From the NCBI GenBank assembly GCA_043797265.1, contig JAZDPV010000012.1, positions 13,875 to 77,874 on the forward strand: a DNA stretch of 64,000 bases, read 5' to 3'. Shown piece by piece: positions 6,971-16,579 of the stretch. Numbering within the stretch: the first letter of the stretch is position 1; the number at the start of each line of letters is the position of its first letter. The notes under the pieces were generated by a model. It had not been told where the DNA came from. It saw nothing but the letters and a program-made list of their open reading frames with translations, and did no database searches. Both the position numbers and the translations under genes were made by a program. This DNA is from an archaeon. GTDB taxonomy: Archaea; Nanobdellota; Nanobdellia; Pacearchaeales; GW2011-AR1.

Positions 6971-9409
6971 ATGGGTGACAAATTTATAAAATGGCTCTCC
7001 GACCTTTCTAAAAAAGATTTAAAACTTGCCGGCGGCAAAGGCGCGAACCTCGGCGAAATCTTCAACGCAAAATTCCCGGTCCCGCAGGCATTCGTCATCA
7101 CAACCGACGCCTTCTTCCACTTCCTCAAAGAAACAAAACTCGAACAAAAAATAAAAGATATCCTGAACAAAATCGACGTCGACGAAACCCACGACCTCAC
7201 AAAAAAAGCAAAAGAAATAAGAGAATTAATCACCCAAGCCGAAATGCCGCAAAACCTAAAAAACGAAATCACCGAAGCCTACGACAACTTCAACGTCGAC
7301 CTCAATGAAATCCGAAACTCTCCCGGCGCACTCGCAATTCTGAAATCATCACGCGAATCAATCTTCGTCTCGGTCCGTTCCTCAGCAACGGCGGAAGACC
7401 AGGCAGACGCATCCTTCGCCGGCCAGCAATCATCCTACATCAACATCAAAGGCAACCAAGAATTAATCCAAAAAACAAAAGAATGTTTCGCCTCAATCTT
7501 CACCGCCCGCTCAATCTACTACCGAAAGAAAAAGGGATTCGAAGGACTCGTCGGCATCGCAGCAGTAGTCCAAAAAATGATAAACTCCGACAAATCCGGC
7601 GTCATGTTCTCAAAACACCCAGTCAAAAACAACAACGAAATTCTAATCGAAGCCGTCTTCGGTCAGGGCGAAGGCATCGTCTCCGGAAAAATAAAACCAG
7701 ACCAATACACCATCTCGCCAACCCTCGAAATATTAGAAGAAAAAATCTCGGACAAAAAAATCGCAATTATCAGAACCTCCGGCGGCCTCACAAAAACAAT
7801 CCAGCTAACCCCCGAAAAATCTAATCAAAGAGTCCTAAAGACCCACGAAATAAAACAACTCGCCGAATACGCAATCAAACTCGAAACCCATTACAAAAAA
7901 CCACAAGACATCGAATTCGCAATCGAAAACGAAAACATTTACATTCTCCAAACCCGGCCAATCACAACCTTAAAAAAACCAAATGAAGAAACAGCCGAAA
8001 TCGACGGACAACTGATAACTCAAGGAATGGCAGCGTCACCGGGAATCGCGTCAGGAATTGTCAAAATCGTGCACTCAATGGACGACCTCGACAAAATCAA
8101 AAAAGGCGACATCCTCGTGACAACAATGACAAACCCCGACATGGTCGTCTCAATGCAAAAAGCCACCGCAATCCTGACATCCGAAGGCGGAGTAACGTCG
8201 CACGCCGCAATCGTCTCACGAGAAATGGGAATCCCCGCAATCGTCGGCGCACAAAATGCGCTCGATATCTTGAAAGACGGCGACGAAATAACAATCGACG
8301 GTTTCCACGGAAAAGTCTTCAAGGGAAAAACACAAAACAAATCCGTCGAAATTTTCCCCGTCGTAGAAACAAAAACAAAAATCAAAGTCATGGTCGACCT
8401 CCCGCAATTCGCCGAGCGAGCCGCGAAAACAAAAGCCGACGGCATCGGACTAGTTAGACTCGAAGGATTAATATCAACCGGAGGCAAGCACCCCATCGCA
8501 TACGAAAAAGAAAACAATCTCGACAAATACCAAGCAATGCTCGCAAAAGGCCTCAGCGAAATCGCGGACACATTCATCGGCAAACCAATCTGGGTCCGAA
8601 CCTCCGACATACGAAGCGACGAATACTCAAACCTCGAAGGCGCACCAAAAGAAATCGAAAAAAACCCGATGCTCGGCGACCACGGAATCCGCTTTTCACT
8701 CAAGCACCCAAAAATCTTAAAAGCCGAACTCCTCGCAATAAAACAACTCGCCGACAAGGGCCACAAGTTCGGAGTAATGTTCCCGCAAGTAATCTCCGTC
8801 GACGAAATCAAAAAAGCAAAAAAAATTTTCGAAGAACTGCAAATAAACAACGTCGACTTCGGCGTCATGATTGAAACCCCCGCCGCAGTAATCCTAATCA
8901 AAGACATCTGCGAACAAAAAATCGACTTCATATCTTTCGGCACAAACGACCTCACTCAATACACCCTCGCAATCGACCGCGGCAACGAAGAAGTCCAAAA
9001 CATCTACGACGAAATGAACTGGGCAGTCCTGAAACAAATCTCAAGAGTAATCCGCGAATGCAAAAACCACAAAGTCGAAACCTCAATCTGCGGACAAGCC
9101 GGCTCAAAACCCGAAATGGTAGAATTCCTCATTAAGCACGGCATCGACTCAATCTCGGTAAACGCCGACGCTGCCAAATCAATTTCAGAACTCGTCCACA
9201 AACTCGAAACAGGAGAACCGCCAAAACCAATTGAAGCCGAAGAACCAACCAAACCAAAAATAAAATTGCAAGAAAAACCAAAAGGCATCCAAGAAGAAGT
9301 AGAACAATTAAAAGAAAAATACAACAAACAAGAAATCCCAAAACCAAAAAGCGACATCGAAATAATTGAATCAAACGAACCCCACAAAAAAGAAGACATC
9401 TTCAACTAA
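6971..9409 (+). CDS. ppsA: phosphoenolpyruvate synthase (pyruvate, water dikinase)
   Basis: It has GGKGANLGE, the phosphohistidine segment GGVTSHAAIVSREMGIPAIVG and the PEP-binding FISFGTNDLTQYTLAIDR. The C-terminal tail is K/E/P-rich. Confidence 0.9.
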   Translation: MGDKFIKWLSDLSKKDLKLAGGKGANLGEIFNAKFPVPQAFVITTDAFFHFLKETKLEQKIKDILNKIDVDETHDLTKKAKEIRELITQAEMPQNLKNEITEAYDNFNVDLNEIRNSPGALAILKSSRESIFVSVRSSATAEDQADASFAGQQSSYINIKGNQELIQKTKECFASIFTARSIYYRKKKGFEGLVGIAAVVQKMINSDKSGVMFSKHPVKNNNEILIEAVFGQGEGIVSGKIKPDQYTISPTLEILEEKISDKKIAIIRTSGGLTKTIQLTPEKSNQRVLKTHEIKQLAEYAIKLETHYKKPQDIEFAIENENIYILQTRPITTLKKPNEETAEIDGQLITQGMAASPGIASGIVKIVHSMDDLDKIKKGDILVTTMTNPDMVVSMQKATAILTSEGGVTSHAAIVSREMGIPAIVGAQNALDILKDGDEITIDGFHGKVFKGKTQNKSVEIFPVVETKTKIKVMVDLPQFAERAAKTKADGIGLVRLEGLISTGGKHPIAYEKENNLDKYQAMLAKGLSEIADTFIGKPIWVRTSDIRSDEYSNLEGAPKEIEKNPMLGDHGIRFSLKHPKILKAELLAIKQLADKGHKFGVMFPQVISVDEIKKAKKIFEELQINNVDFGVMIETPAAVILIKDICEQKIDFISFGTNDLTQYTLAIDRGNEEVQNIYDEMNWAVLKQISRVIRECKNHKVETSICGQAGSKPEMVEFLIKHGIDSISVNADAAKSISELVHKLETGEPPKPIEAEEPTKPKIKLQEKPKGIQEEVEQLKEKYNKQEIPKPKSDIEIIESNEPHKKEDIFN

Positions 9410-9474
9410 TTTGTTACCACAACAAAGATACAACAGACAGAAAAGTTTATAAACTCTTTTCTCCTAAATTAATC

Positions 9475-10080
9475 ATGGCAAAAGAAAGGGCAGAAAAAAA
9501 CAAATTCAATGACGTATCAAGATATGACCTAGATACATATGCATTCGGTGCTCTGGCGTATCAAGATCCAACATTAAGAGATAGTGCTCTTATGGAAATG
9601 CACAGTAGAATGAAAGTTCTTGAACACCCCGTTTTTGCAGAACATATAGGCAGAGTCCAAGTAGGGCGGAGAGAAGAAAGGGAATATATAAAAAATCAAA
9701 CCGAAGGAAAAAAAACTGAATTTCATTATTCTCACCCCGATATTCAACATGCAATTCAATTACAAGAAGTGATAGGGCAAACATACGATACTAAACATGC
9801 AAATATATACGCAGGCATGACCCCCGAAGAACTTAAAAACATAACAACAAACAAAGAAGGAAAATATATGTTCAATGTACCTGACGAGACAAAAAGATTA
9901 TTAGAAAAACATAATGGAAAACGCATTTCAGAAATAGAGGATGATGAAGATAGGGGAAAATTACAAGCAACTGCTTTCGCTTATAGATTTCAAAAAGTAA
10001 TGGGACAAACACATAGTAATATTATCAGAAAAATAACAGAAGGTATGTTAGAATCTTCAGTAAACCAAAAACCTGAATAA
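9475..10080 (+). CDS. hypothetical protein with atypical codon usage
   Basis: TATA GTTTATAAA lies about 25 nt upstream. Many NNT codons contrast with the host + strand pattern. Confidence 0.5.
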   Translation: MAKERAEKNKFNDVSRYDLDTYAFGALAYQDPTLRDSALMEMHSRMKVLEHPVFAEHIGRVQVGRREEREYIKNQTEGKKTEFHYSHPDIQHAIQLQEVIGQTYDTKHANIYAGMTPEELKNITTNKEGKYMFNVPDETKRLLEKHNGKRISEIEDDEDRGKLQATAFAYRFQKVMGQTHSNIIRKITEGMLESSVNQKPE

Positions 10081-10177
10081 ACCTATAGTCAACTTAACTT
10101 AATTAAACCAATATTATTCCACTAAACAACGTCGTAAAATATAAATCTCGAAACCGAAAGTTTCACAACCCCAAACA

Positions 10178-10205
10178 CTACCAACTAAAAACTACCAACT
10201 ACTTC
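10178..10205. repeat. CTA-type heptad array (4 units)
   Basis: The units are ctaccaa ctaaaaa ctaccaa ctacttc. The last CTA is the TAG stop of the 10199 gene. A hairpin gaaac-cgaaa-gtttc lies at 10150-10164. Confidence 0.9.
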
Positions 10206-11032
10206 CCCCTCTCATCAATTAATCTATCGACGAGCGCCGCCATCTCACCCAAAAACGCATCCGCCTTCTCAAACCAATCATCCAAATTTTTCCCCTTGAT
10301 AAAAGTCAAATTCCCGTGCACAATATCTTTCGCAACCAAATGCACCTCATCATAATACCCGACAAATTTCTTGTGCAACCTTCCCGTCTTCACAAAAGTT
10401 TCCTTCAAAACATCTGAAATATCCTCAGGCGACGACGGCATAACATCCGCCGCAATCAAAGCCGCGTGCGCCGCATCAACCATTGTCCAATAAAGCCCGT
10501 CGACAACCGCCAACATCGACTGCTTCGCCCGCGTCAAATGCCCCGGCGCCCTCTGCAACAAAGTATAAATCGATTCCGGCGTCGACCGAATCTTCCCGTC
10601 CCTCAGCAAAATCCGCAACGGATTAAAAAATCCGCCAAAATCAATCAACGCATCCCCATACCTCAAAACATTTATCACGACCGGATCGCCCCTCATCAAA
10701 TCCTCCCACCACGTCGACAACTTCACGCTATTAATATGTAAAGCCTTCGAATAAGGATTCGCCTTAATCAACTTCCCCAGCTCCTCCCGATACCACGCAA
10801 TCAGCTCCGCATCCCACTTCACCGAAACATCGTCGATAATCACGATAATATCAATATCCGATTCCGGCGTCGACACCCTCTTCGCCGACGACCCGAACAA
10901 AACAATCGACTTAACCATCTGGTCAAACTTCCCATAAACCTTCATCGCAAAATCCGCCGCAATCTCCCGCTCCCCGACAATCTCCAAAGTCGAAACCCCA
11001 ACCTTCTCAAAATCTTTTTTTTTCTTCACCAT
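10199..11032 (-). CDS. nucleotidyltransferase-domain protein (Pol-beta/MNT-like) with helical C-terminal domain
   Basis: LFGSSAKRVSTPESDIDIIVIIDD gives the GS...DxD motif. Confidence 0.7.
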   Translation of the reverse strand: MVKKKKDFEKVGVSTLEIVGEREIAADFAMKVYGKFDQMVKSIVLFGSSAKRVSTPESDIDIIVIIDDVSVKWDAELIAWYREELGKLIKANPYSKALHINSVKLSTWWEDLMRGDPVVINVLRYGDALIDFGGFFNPLRILLRDGKIRSTPESIYTLLQRAPGHLTRAKQSMLAVVDGLYWTMVDAAHAALIAADVMPSSPEDISDVLKETFVKTGRLHKKFVGYYDEVHLVAKDIVHGNLTFIKGKNLDDWFEKADAFLGEMAALVDRLIDERGK

Positions 11033-11071
11033 CTCTTATTAACTCACAGTAATTATATTTTATAAAGATGA

Positions 11072-11434
11072 CTATTTCTTCGAAACATAACTAATAAAAC
11101 CCATCAGCATCTTAGCAATCTCTCGCAACTCATTAGTTAATTCATCCAAAACATCCTCACTTAAATATCCAAATTCTTTCGCCACACACAACTGACTCTC
11201 GACTTCATTCACACTTCCCAAAGCAATATAAAAAAATTGAATAACATCTTTATCTGTCCTCCTCCCACAACCCTCTGCAATATTAGAAGAAATACTAACA
11301 ACCGCTCGTCTCAACTGCGAAGCCAATGCATAATTCTCCATCGAAGGAAACTTATCTATAAGTTCATAAATTCTCTTTGCAATTTTAACCGACCTCTTCC
11401 AAACATCTAATGTTCTGAATTCTCTCACCACCAA
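11072..11434 (-). CDS. four-helix-bundle protein (23S rRNA intervening-sequence protein family)
   Basis: LDVWKRSVKIAKRIYELIDKFP...YALASQLRRAVVSISSNIAEG...FFYIALGSVNEVESQL matches the family signature. Confidence 0.85.
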   Translation of the reverse strand: MVVREFRTLDVWKRSVKIAKRIYELIDKFPSMENYALASQLRRAVVSISSNIAEGCGRRTDKDVIQFFYIALGSVNEVESQLCVAKEFGYLSEDVLDELTNELREIAKMLMGFISYVSKK

Positions 11435-11471
11435 AACAAAAACAATCGCAAAGTTATAAACCCACTGCCAA

Positions 11472-11573
11472 GTCCCTGAAACCTGAATTCTGAAACCTGA
11501 AACCTATTGCGAAGCAACCGTCCCTGAAACCTGAATTCTGAAACCTGAAACCTGAAAACGCAAAGCGTTTTCA
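11472..11573. repeat. mosaic: CTGA heptads, GAA-triloop hairpin, CTGA heptads, AAA-loop hairpin
   Basis: gtccctgaaacctgaattctgaaacctgaaacct occurs twice, separated by ttgcGAAgcaa (11507-11517). The block ends in gaaaacgcAAAgcgttttc (11554-11572), which overlaps the stop of the 11571 gene. Confidence 0.9.
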
Positions 11574-13541
11574 TGCCATCGGCGTATCCCCAAACCTCGA
11601 CGTCCCGCCCGGCATCTGCCCACCCAACTCAACCGGCATCGTCGTGAAACCCGCCCCAAAATAAGCGTGATGTGTCTGCGGATTTATCGTCCCATAACCG
11701 CCAAAATAACTTCCCCCAACATCCATCACTTGATTCCAATACGGCGCATTCTTCATCCCATAAATCGGCGAACCCAAAGCGGCCATCGTCCACGGATGCG
11801 GTGACTTCTTAAAATGTTGAACAAACGCTCCCGCCTCGACAATTTTCCTCATCTCGCCCAACTTCCCCGTCTTCTCCAATTCCTCCAAAATCCCCTTAAT
11901 TGGAACATTTCCCATCCCCGGCGGCAAATGCGAATCAGCAAACCCAAAATTATCAGTCAGATGCACATGCTTCACCATCGGCGCAATCTTCCGTGTCTCC
12001 TCAATAATATCCTTCTCGCTAAATCCCTTCTTCCTCAAAAGATTCAAATGCCCCACATCCCACGTCACTCCCAAATGCTTCTCGGCAATCTTCTCCGCCT
12101 CCTTCCTGCTCATCCCCTTCTTCTCAATCAACTGCTCGACAAACTTCTCCCTCGACTTCTCAACCAACGGCTTCAAATCCTCCGCCCTCGAAAACGCAAA
12201 CCCCTGAAACATATTCTCAACCGCAATCACCGGCGCGCTCCCGCCAAATTTCTCATAAGATTTCATCGCCAAATTCCCAAACGTCTTCGACGCCTCGTCC
12301 ATCGCGAACTTCGTCGACTCCTGATAAATCTCCGGCGTCTTCCCGCCCAAATCCCTGTCAGTCAATTTCCTTAATTCATCAACATATTTATCCAAAACTT
12401 TTTGTCTCCCAATCGGCGCCCAAATCCCAAAATACTTTTTCCCATTAATCTCCTCAACCTCCTCTGTTGCCCTAATCTCCTTCGCATAATTCTCAGACAA
12501 CTTCTTCAACTTTTCTCTCTGCTCATCATCCCCATACTTATACGCATTATGAAACACCCCCTTGAACGCCAAATCTGCATTCTCTAAAAACAATCCCGCC
12601 TTTCTAATCTTGTTATAAGACGCTGCCTGCCCACTCACAACATTCCCATTCTCATCAACACTAGTATCAAAATAAGGCACCCCTTTAAACGACCTCTTAT
12701 TATCATCTAATTTAATAATCTCCCTTCCGTCCTCACTAATAAAAGCATTATTATACTCACCCAACATCAACGGCGCCGACCCAATAATCTCCTCCGCATG
12801 CTTGTTCATCTGCGCCACCTCTGTCAACTTATTCTCCCACTCTCCCGAATTAATCGAACCAACACTTTTCTCCGCCTCAAACAAAACCCCAATAGGACCT
12901 TTATCGCTCGCAACCGTCTGTCCATTAACACGACGAATACTTTTAGTCAATGACTCCGGAACCTCCGGCCTAAACTTATATTCCCTCTTAATCGCAACCG
13001 TCTGCCCCGTCTCCCGATTAACCACCGCCCCTTTCTCCATCACAAACTTATCTTCACCAAATTTTTCTTCTCCCGGCCTCCACTCCGCACCCGGCGCCCC
13101 ATTCGACGAATGAAACACAATCGGGACATTCCCCTTCGGCTCCAATACATGTGCCTTCTCAATCGCATCAAACATCCGCCTCTCATTATCAGCCCGACCA
13201 TCCTCACCACCCCATCCTTTCTCACCAAACCCAGCAGCATCCAAAACCGGCCCATGCACCGACGGCTTAACCCCGCTCAACTTCATCAACGCCCTCATCT
13301 CCTCAAAATGTTGTTTCGGAATAATCTCCGTCGTCTCAGGCACCAACATCGAAACCTCAAACGCCTTCACTCCTTGCTTCAACGCATTAACAGCCTCGCC
13401 AAGTTGATTCGCAGTCTGCGGTGAACCCGGAAATCCCAAAGCCGCCGCGCTCATCCGATACCCGACAAAATTCCCATAATCCGGACTAAGCGAACTCACG
13501 CCCCCGCCATAAAAACTCTCATAACTCGTCGCATCACCCAT
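11571..13541 (-). CDS. xylose-isomerase-like TIM-barrel (sugar phosphate isomerase/epimerase family) protein with a large insertion
   Basis: The family's strand-end motifs appear in order: SVHGP, IVFHSS, IAVENM, WDVGHLN, HVHLTDN. About 250 aa are inserted between them. Confidence 0.6.
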   Translation of the reverse strand: MGDATSYESFYGGGVSSLSPDYGNFVGYRMSAAALGFPGSPQTANQLGEAVNALKQGVKAFEVSMLVPETTEIIPKQHFEEMRALMKLSGVKPSVHGPVLDAAGFGEKGWGGEDGRADNERRMFDAIEKAHVLEPKGNVPIVFHSSNGAPGAEWRPGEEKFGEDKFVMEKGAVVNRETGQTVAIKREYKFRPEVPESLTKSIRRVNGQTVASDKGPIGVLFEAEKSVGSINSGEWENKLTEVAQMNKHAEEIIGSAPLMLGEYNNAFISEDGREIIKLDDNKRSFKGVPYFDTSVDENGNVVSGQAASYNKIRKAGLFLENADLAFKGVFHNAYKYGDDEQREKLKKLSENYAKEIRATEEVEEINGKKYFGIWAPIGRQKVLDKYVDELRKLTDRDLGGKTPEIYQESTKFAMDEASKTFGNLAMKSYEKFGGSAPVIAVENMFQGFAFSRAEDLKPLVEKSREKFVEQLIEKKGMSRKEAEKIAEKHLGVTWDVGHLNLLRKKGFSEKDIIEETRKIAPMVKHVHLTDNFGFADSHLPPGMGNVPIKGILEELEKTGKLGEMRKIVEAGAFVQHFKKSPHPWTMAALGSPIYGMKNAPYWNQVMDVGGSYFGGYGTINPQTHHAYFGAGFTTMPVELGGQMPGGTSRFGDTPMA

Positions 13542-13586
13542 CCAAAACCAAACAAAACCAATTATATAAATTCTTTGCTAATAAAA

Positions 13587-13656
13587 TCCGCGCGCATCCG
13601 TATCTTCCGCACCTCGTCAATATTTCCCCCTACCTCCTACCTCCTACCCCTATCCT
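13587..13656. repeat. degenerate TCCGNG units followed by a CTA heptad array
   Basis: tccgcgcgca tccgtatct tccgcacc, then ctacctc ctacctc ctacccc cta. The CTA at 13637 is the stop of the acidic-protein gene. Confidence 0.7.
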
Positions 13657-14215
13657 TCTTCCCCTTATCTTCAAACCCCATGCTCTCCAAAACAGAATGC
13701 TTCCTCTCTCGCTCCGACGCAATCTCATCATAACTCTTCATCCCCCTCCCGACATCATAAACACCTTCGTCATTTTTCTTCCCAGAATAAAGCCTCGCCT
13801 CCCCCGTATTATACAAATCCCCCTCGTCCTTCCCTTTATACAAATCATCCCCACGCCCTGTTTCATAAAACCCCTCTCTCTTCCTTCCATCCGCCCCATA
13901 AAAATTCCCCGTCTTGACATTATAAAAATCCCCGCCAACAAATTCCTCGCTATCCTTCCACTCCCTCTCAATTCTCTCGTTTCTAAGAACCTCCTCTAAA
14001 TCCTCCTTGCTCCAACTCGCCTCCCCGCTCCCCGTCGACAAAATCGTATCCCCAATAAAAAAATCGCTAACCTCCTGCGCGACCTCTTCCAAATCATCCT
14101 CAAGCACATCCTCCAACTCCGCCTCTAAATCCTCATCAAAAATCCCGACGTCATCCTCGCCTTCCAACTCCTCTAAATCTTCTTCCGTCTCGACCTCATC
14201 CTCTTCCTCAACCAT
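13637..14215 (-). CDS. hypothetical highly acidic protein
   Basis: The N-terminal half is D/E-rich and the C-terminal half is G/Y/K-rich. No motif was recognised. Confidence 0.5.
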   Translation of the reverse strand: MVEEEDEVETEEDLEELEGEDDVGIFDEDLEAELEDVLEDDLEEVAQEVSDFFIGDTILSTGSGEASWSKEDLEEVLRNERIEREWKDSEEFVGGDFYNVKTGNFYGADGRKREGFYETGRGDDLYKGKDEGDLYNTGEARLYSGKKNDEGVYDVGRGMKSYDEIASERERKHSVLESMGFEDKGKKDRGRR

Positions 14216-14329
14216 ACAATTAAACAGAAACCTACTTTATTTATTTTACTAATTTAAACTCTCATCGACAAAACACACCTCATCTTCATAAAAACAAAAC
14301 AATCTTTATTTAACCTCCCCAAATAAAAA

Positions 14330-14413
14330 TCCGCGTAATCCAAAAAATCCAAAAATCCGCGTTCCTCTCCCTTCCGTGAAATCCAATCAATCCGTGCAAT
14401 CCGCGTTGCTATT
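14330..14413. repeat. degenerate ATCC/TCCGYG repeat block ending in GCTATT
   Basis: atccgcgta atccaaaaa atccaaaa atccgcgtt ... tccgtgaa atccaatca atccgtgca atccgcgttgctatt. It covers the last 8 codons and the stop of the GxxExxY gene. Confidence 0.75.
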
Positions 14414-14788
14414 CTTAAAACTACTAAGACAATTAACCTTCCTCTTAATTTCCGCCTCCCGACCAAAATTCAAAACCAACCCAACTTCCTTTCCCGTCGC
14501 TTTCAAGTAATTCAACAACTGCACGCCTTCTGCCTCACCAATTTCCTTAATCGCCTTAACTTCAATAATCACCCTCCCATCGACGATAAAGTCAACATAA
14601 TAATCACCCATATTCTCACCTTTATAAAAAACATTAATAGGCACTTGTCTCTCAAAACTCAACCCCTCAACCCTAAACTCATAAGCCAAAGCCCTCTCAT
14701 AAATCTTCTCAAGAAAACCATAACCCAACTCATTATAAACTCGATAAAACACCCCAATAATTTTCTCCGTCATCCCTTCATATTTCAT
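14387..14788 (-). CDS. GxxExxY-family protein (PD-(D/E)xK-like)
   Basis: GFLEKIYERAL is the GxxExxY motif, and VDFIVDGRVIIEVKA is the DxxxEVK motif. Confidence 0.8.
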   Translation of the reverse strand: MKYEGMTEKIIGVFYRVYNELGYGFLEKIYERALAYEFRVEGLSFERQVPINVFYKGENMGDYYVDFIVDGRVIIEVKAIKEIGEAEGVQLLNYLKATGKEVGLVLNFGREAEIKRKVNCLSSFKNSNADCTD

Positions 14789-14799
14789 TTCTTTCTTTT

Positions 14800-16338
14800 T
14801 TATTTAAACACATCTCTAAATCCAACACTCCCACCCTCACTTAAATCTTCAATCGCCTCACTATCATACAAATCAAAACCCGGCCCCTGCACCGACGCCA
14901 TCCCATGTGCTTTCTTGTAAATATCATAAACCAAATACAACCAACTCGCCGCGCTCTCAGCCGCCTTCGCCCTCATCATCTTCTCGACAAAATTATCATT
15001 CTTAATATTCTCAATCTCAACAAAATCCTTCTTCTCATCCTTGCTCTTCTCTTTCTTCTTCCCCCACCCAAACAACGCCGCAAACGGATTAATATCAACC
15101 TTCTCCTCTTTTTTCTCCTCTTTCAACTTCACTTTCTCTTTCTCTTCTGAACTCATCAAAAAATAATCCAAATCTTCCTTCAGCGTCTTCAAAGCATCCC
15201 CCGCAATATCGCCCGAAAATTCCATGCTCTTCGCAACATCATCATCCTCAAGCAACTTCCTCGCCGCCGCGACCTCCTCGTCATTCAACGCATAAGCATC
15301 AAAAGTCATATCAACTTTTCCGCCCATCGCAAAACCATAATCCCCTTTCTGCGTCACCCTCTGCGAAACATGCCCCCGATAAGTCAACCCGATAATCATC
15401 ACCCTATTATAACCGCGCTTCGCATTATACTTCCCCTCATAAACATCCTCGACCTTCACACCCTGCGACCCAAATAACTGCAACTCAAACATCGACGTCG
15501 AAAACGCATTGACCAGCGCCGCATTACTATCAAACCCCTTCTGCCTCAACTGCTCCGCCGCGACCAAATACGGCTTCATCCACGCCGAATACAACTTTAT
15601 CGTCTCGACCTGCGACCTCAAATAATTCTTCTCAATGCTAAACCTCTTCCTCAACTCGCTCTCCGAATACTTAACCCATTTCAAAAACTCGCCAACCCTC
15701 GGAATCAAAATCCTCATCACTTGGTCATTAATCAAACCGCCCTCCTCATCCTTATTCATTTTCTTCAAATCCTCAACCGAACTCGCCATCATGAACGCCT
15801 CTCTCAGCGTCGTGAAACCCAACTCAGCCGACATCTGATGAATCGACCCCCGCCCCCGTTTCAAATCAACATTGTCCAGCCAAATCTGCTTCAACGCCAA
15901 TCCTCCCTCCTCCTTTTTATTTTTGTCCTCAGAATTATAATCATCATAATGCGCCAGCCTCAACTCAAACTCCTTCAAATCATAAATCAAATTCAACACC
16001 GACTTCACAACCTGATTCAACCCGCCAAGAATTTTCATCCCCTCCTCTTGCATCTTCGTCGCCCTCATATTCATATCCGAAAATTGCCCCGACCCCGGCG
16101 ACGCCATAAAATTATCAATAACCTTCATCATATTCCACCCTTTCTCCTGAACAAAATCCAGCAACCAATAATAAATCGGCTCCAACTGCGCTTGCTGCGA
16201 ATCGAACGACAACTTATACGACGAAATCGACTTAAACGCCCCTTTGTCAAAATCCCACATCCCCATCGCCGCCAAATCCCCACGCTTTTTCGATTGACCC
16301 ATCACCTCGCCAATCGCCCACCTCAAATCATTAACCAT
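14800..16338 (-). CDS. hypothetical protein (about 512 aa) with central K/E coiled segment
   Basis: A long ORF with host - strand codon pattern. ATG 16338 lies about 24 nt after the TATA TTTAAATATT. No motif was recognised. Confidence 0.6.
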   Translation of the reverse strand: MVNDLRWAIGEVMGQSKKRGDLAAMGMWDFDKGAFKSISSYKLSFDSQQAQLEPIYYWLLDFVQEKGWNMMKVIDNFMASPGSGQFSDMNMRATKMQEEGMKILGGLNQVVKSVLNLIYDLKEFELRLAHYDDYNSEDKNKKEEGGLALKQIWLDNVDLKRGRGSIHQMSAELGFTTLREAFMMASSVEDLKKMNKDEEGGLINDQVMRILIPRVGEFLKWVKYSESELRKRFSIEKNYLRSQVETIKLYSAWMKPYLVAAEQLRQKGFDSNAALVNAFSTSMFELQLFGSQGVKVEDVYEGKYNAKRGYNRVMIIGLTYRGHVSQRVTQKGDYGFAMGGKVDMTFDAYALNDEEVAAARKLLEDDDVAKSMEFSGDIAGDALKTLKEDLDYFLMSSEEKEKVKLKEEKKEEKVDINPFAALFGWGKKKEKSKDEKKDFVEIENIKNDNFVEKMMRAKAAESAASWLYLVYDIYKKAHGMASVQGPGFDLYDSEAIEDLSEGGSVGFRDVFK

Positions 16339-16396
16339 CTCTCCACAAAAGAATCCCAATATTTAAACATTCCTCAAAACCACAAACCGCACCCAA

Positions 16397-16507
16397 CCTC
16401 GCGCCACGCGAGGCGGCGAAGCCGCCAAAGATATGAGAACCGAAAGTTCTCCAATTTTCCCCTCCTCTCCCAACCTCTCCCATCCTCCCCCACCCTCGCG
16501 AAGCGCC
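16397..16507. repeat. multi-hairpin element with C-rich tail, copy 1 of 4
   Basis: cctcgcg-cca-cgcgagg, ggcggc-GAA-gccgcc, aaagatat, gagaac-cgaaa-gttctc, caattttcccc, about 40 nt of C/T tract, cgc-GAA-gcg. It lies between divergent promoters. Confidence 0.85.
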
Positions 16508-16579
16508 CCGACAACCGACCAGTAAACAACATAAAAACTTCACAGAAGTTTTTATATACTCAATTCCCCTCCGCTAATC

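Noticed and set aside
8020-8955. A 311-aa - strand ORF antisense to ppsA. Other antisense ORFs lie inside + strand genes (2025-2675, 31727-32287, 29607-30002, 58335-58739).
   Set aside because: They overlap well-supported genes, have S/F/I-rich low-complexity products and lack promoter signals.
11472-11573. The tandem repeat blocks here, at 43840-43874, 46395-46449 and elsewhere, could be taken for CRISPR arrays.
   Set aside because: The units are 7-16 nt and directly abut one another. There are no unique spacers of about 30 nt, no 25-40 nt repeats and no cas genes apart from a solo Cas4-like nuclease.
16331-16543. ORFs crossing the multi-hairpin element (16331-16543, 19267-19479 and 23562-23744) share a FG.LR.HIFGGFA peptide.
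   Set aside because: The similarity follows nucleotide conservation of the hairpins, the stems show compensatory changes, and the flanks of the ORFs are unrelated.
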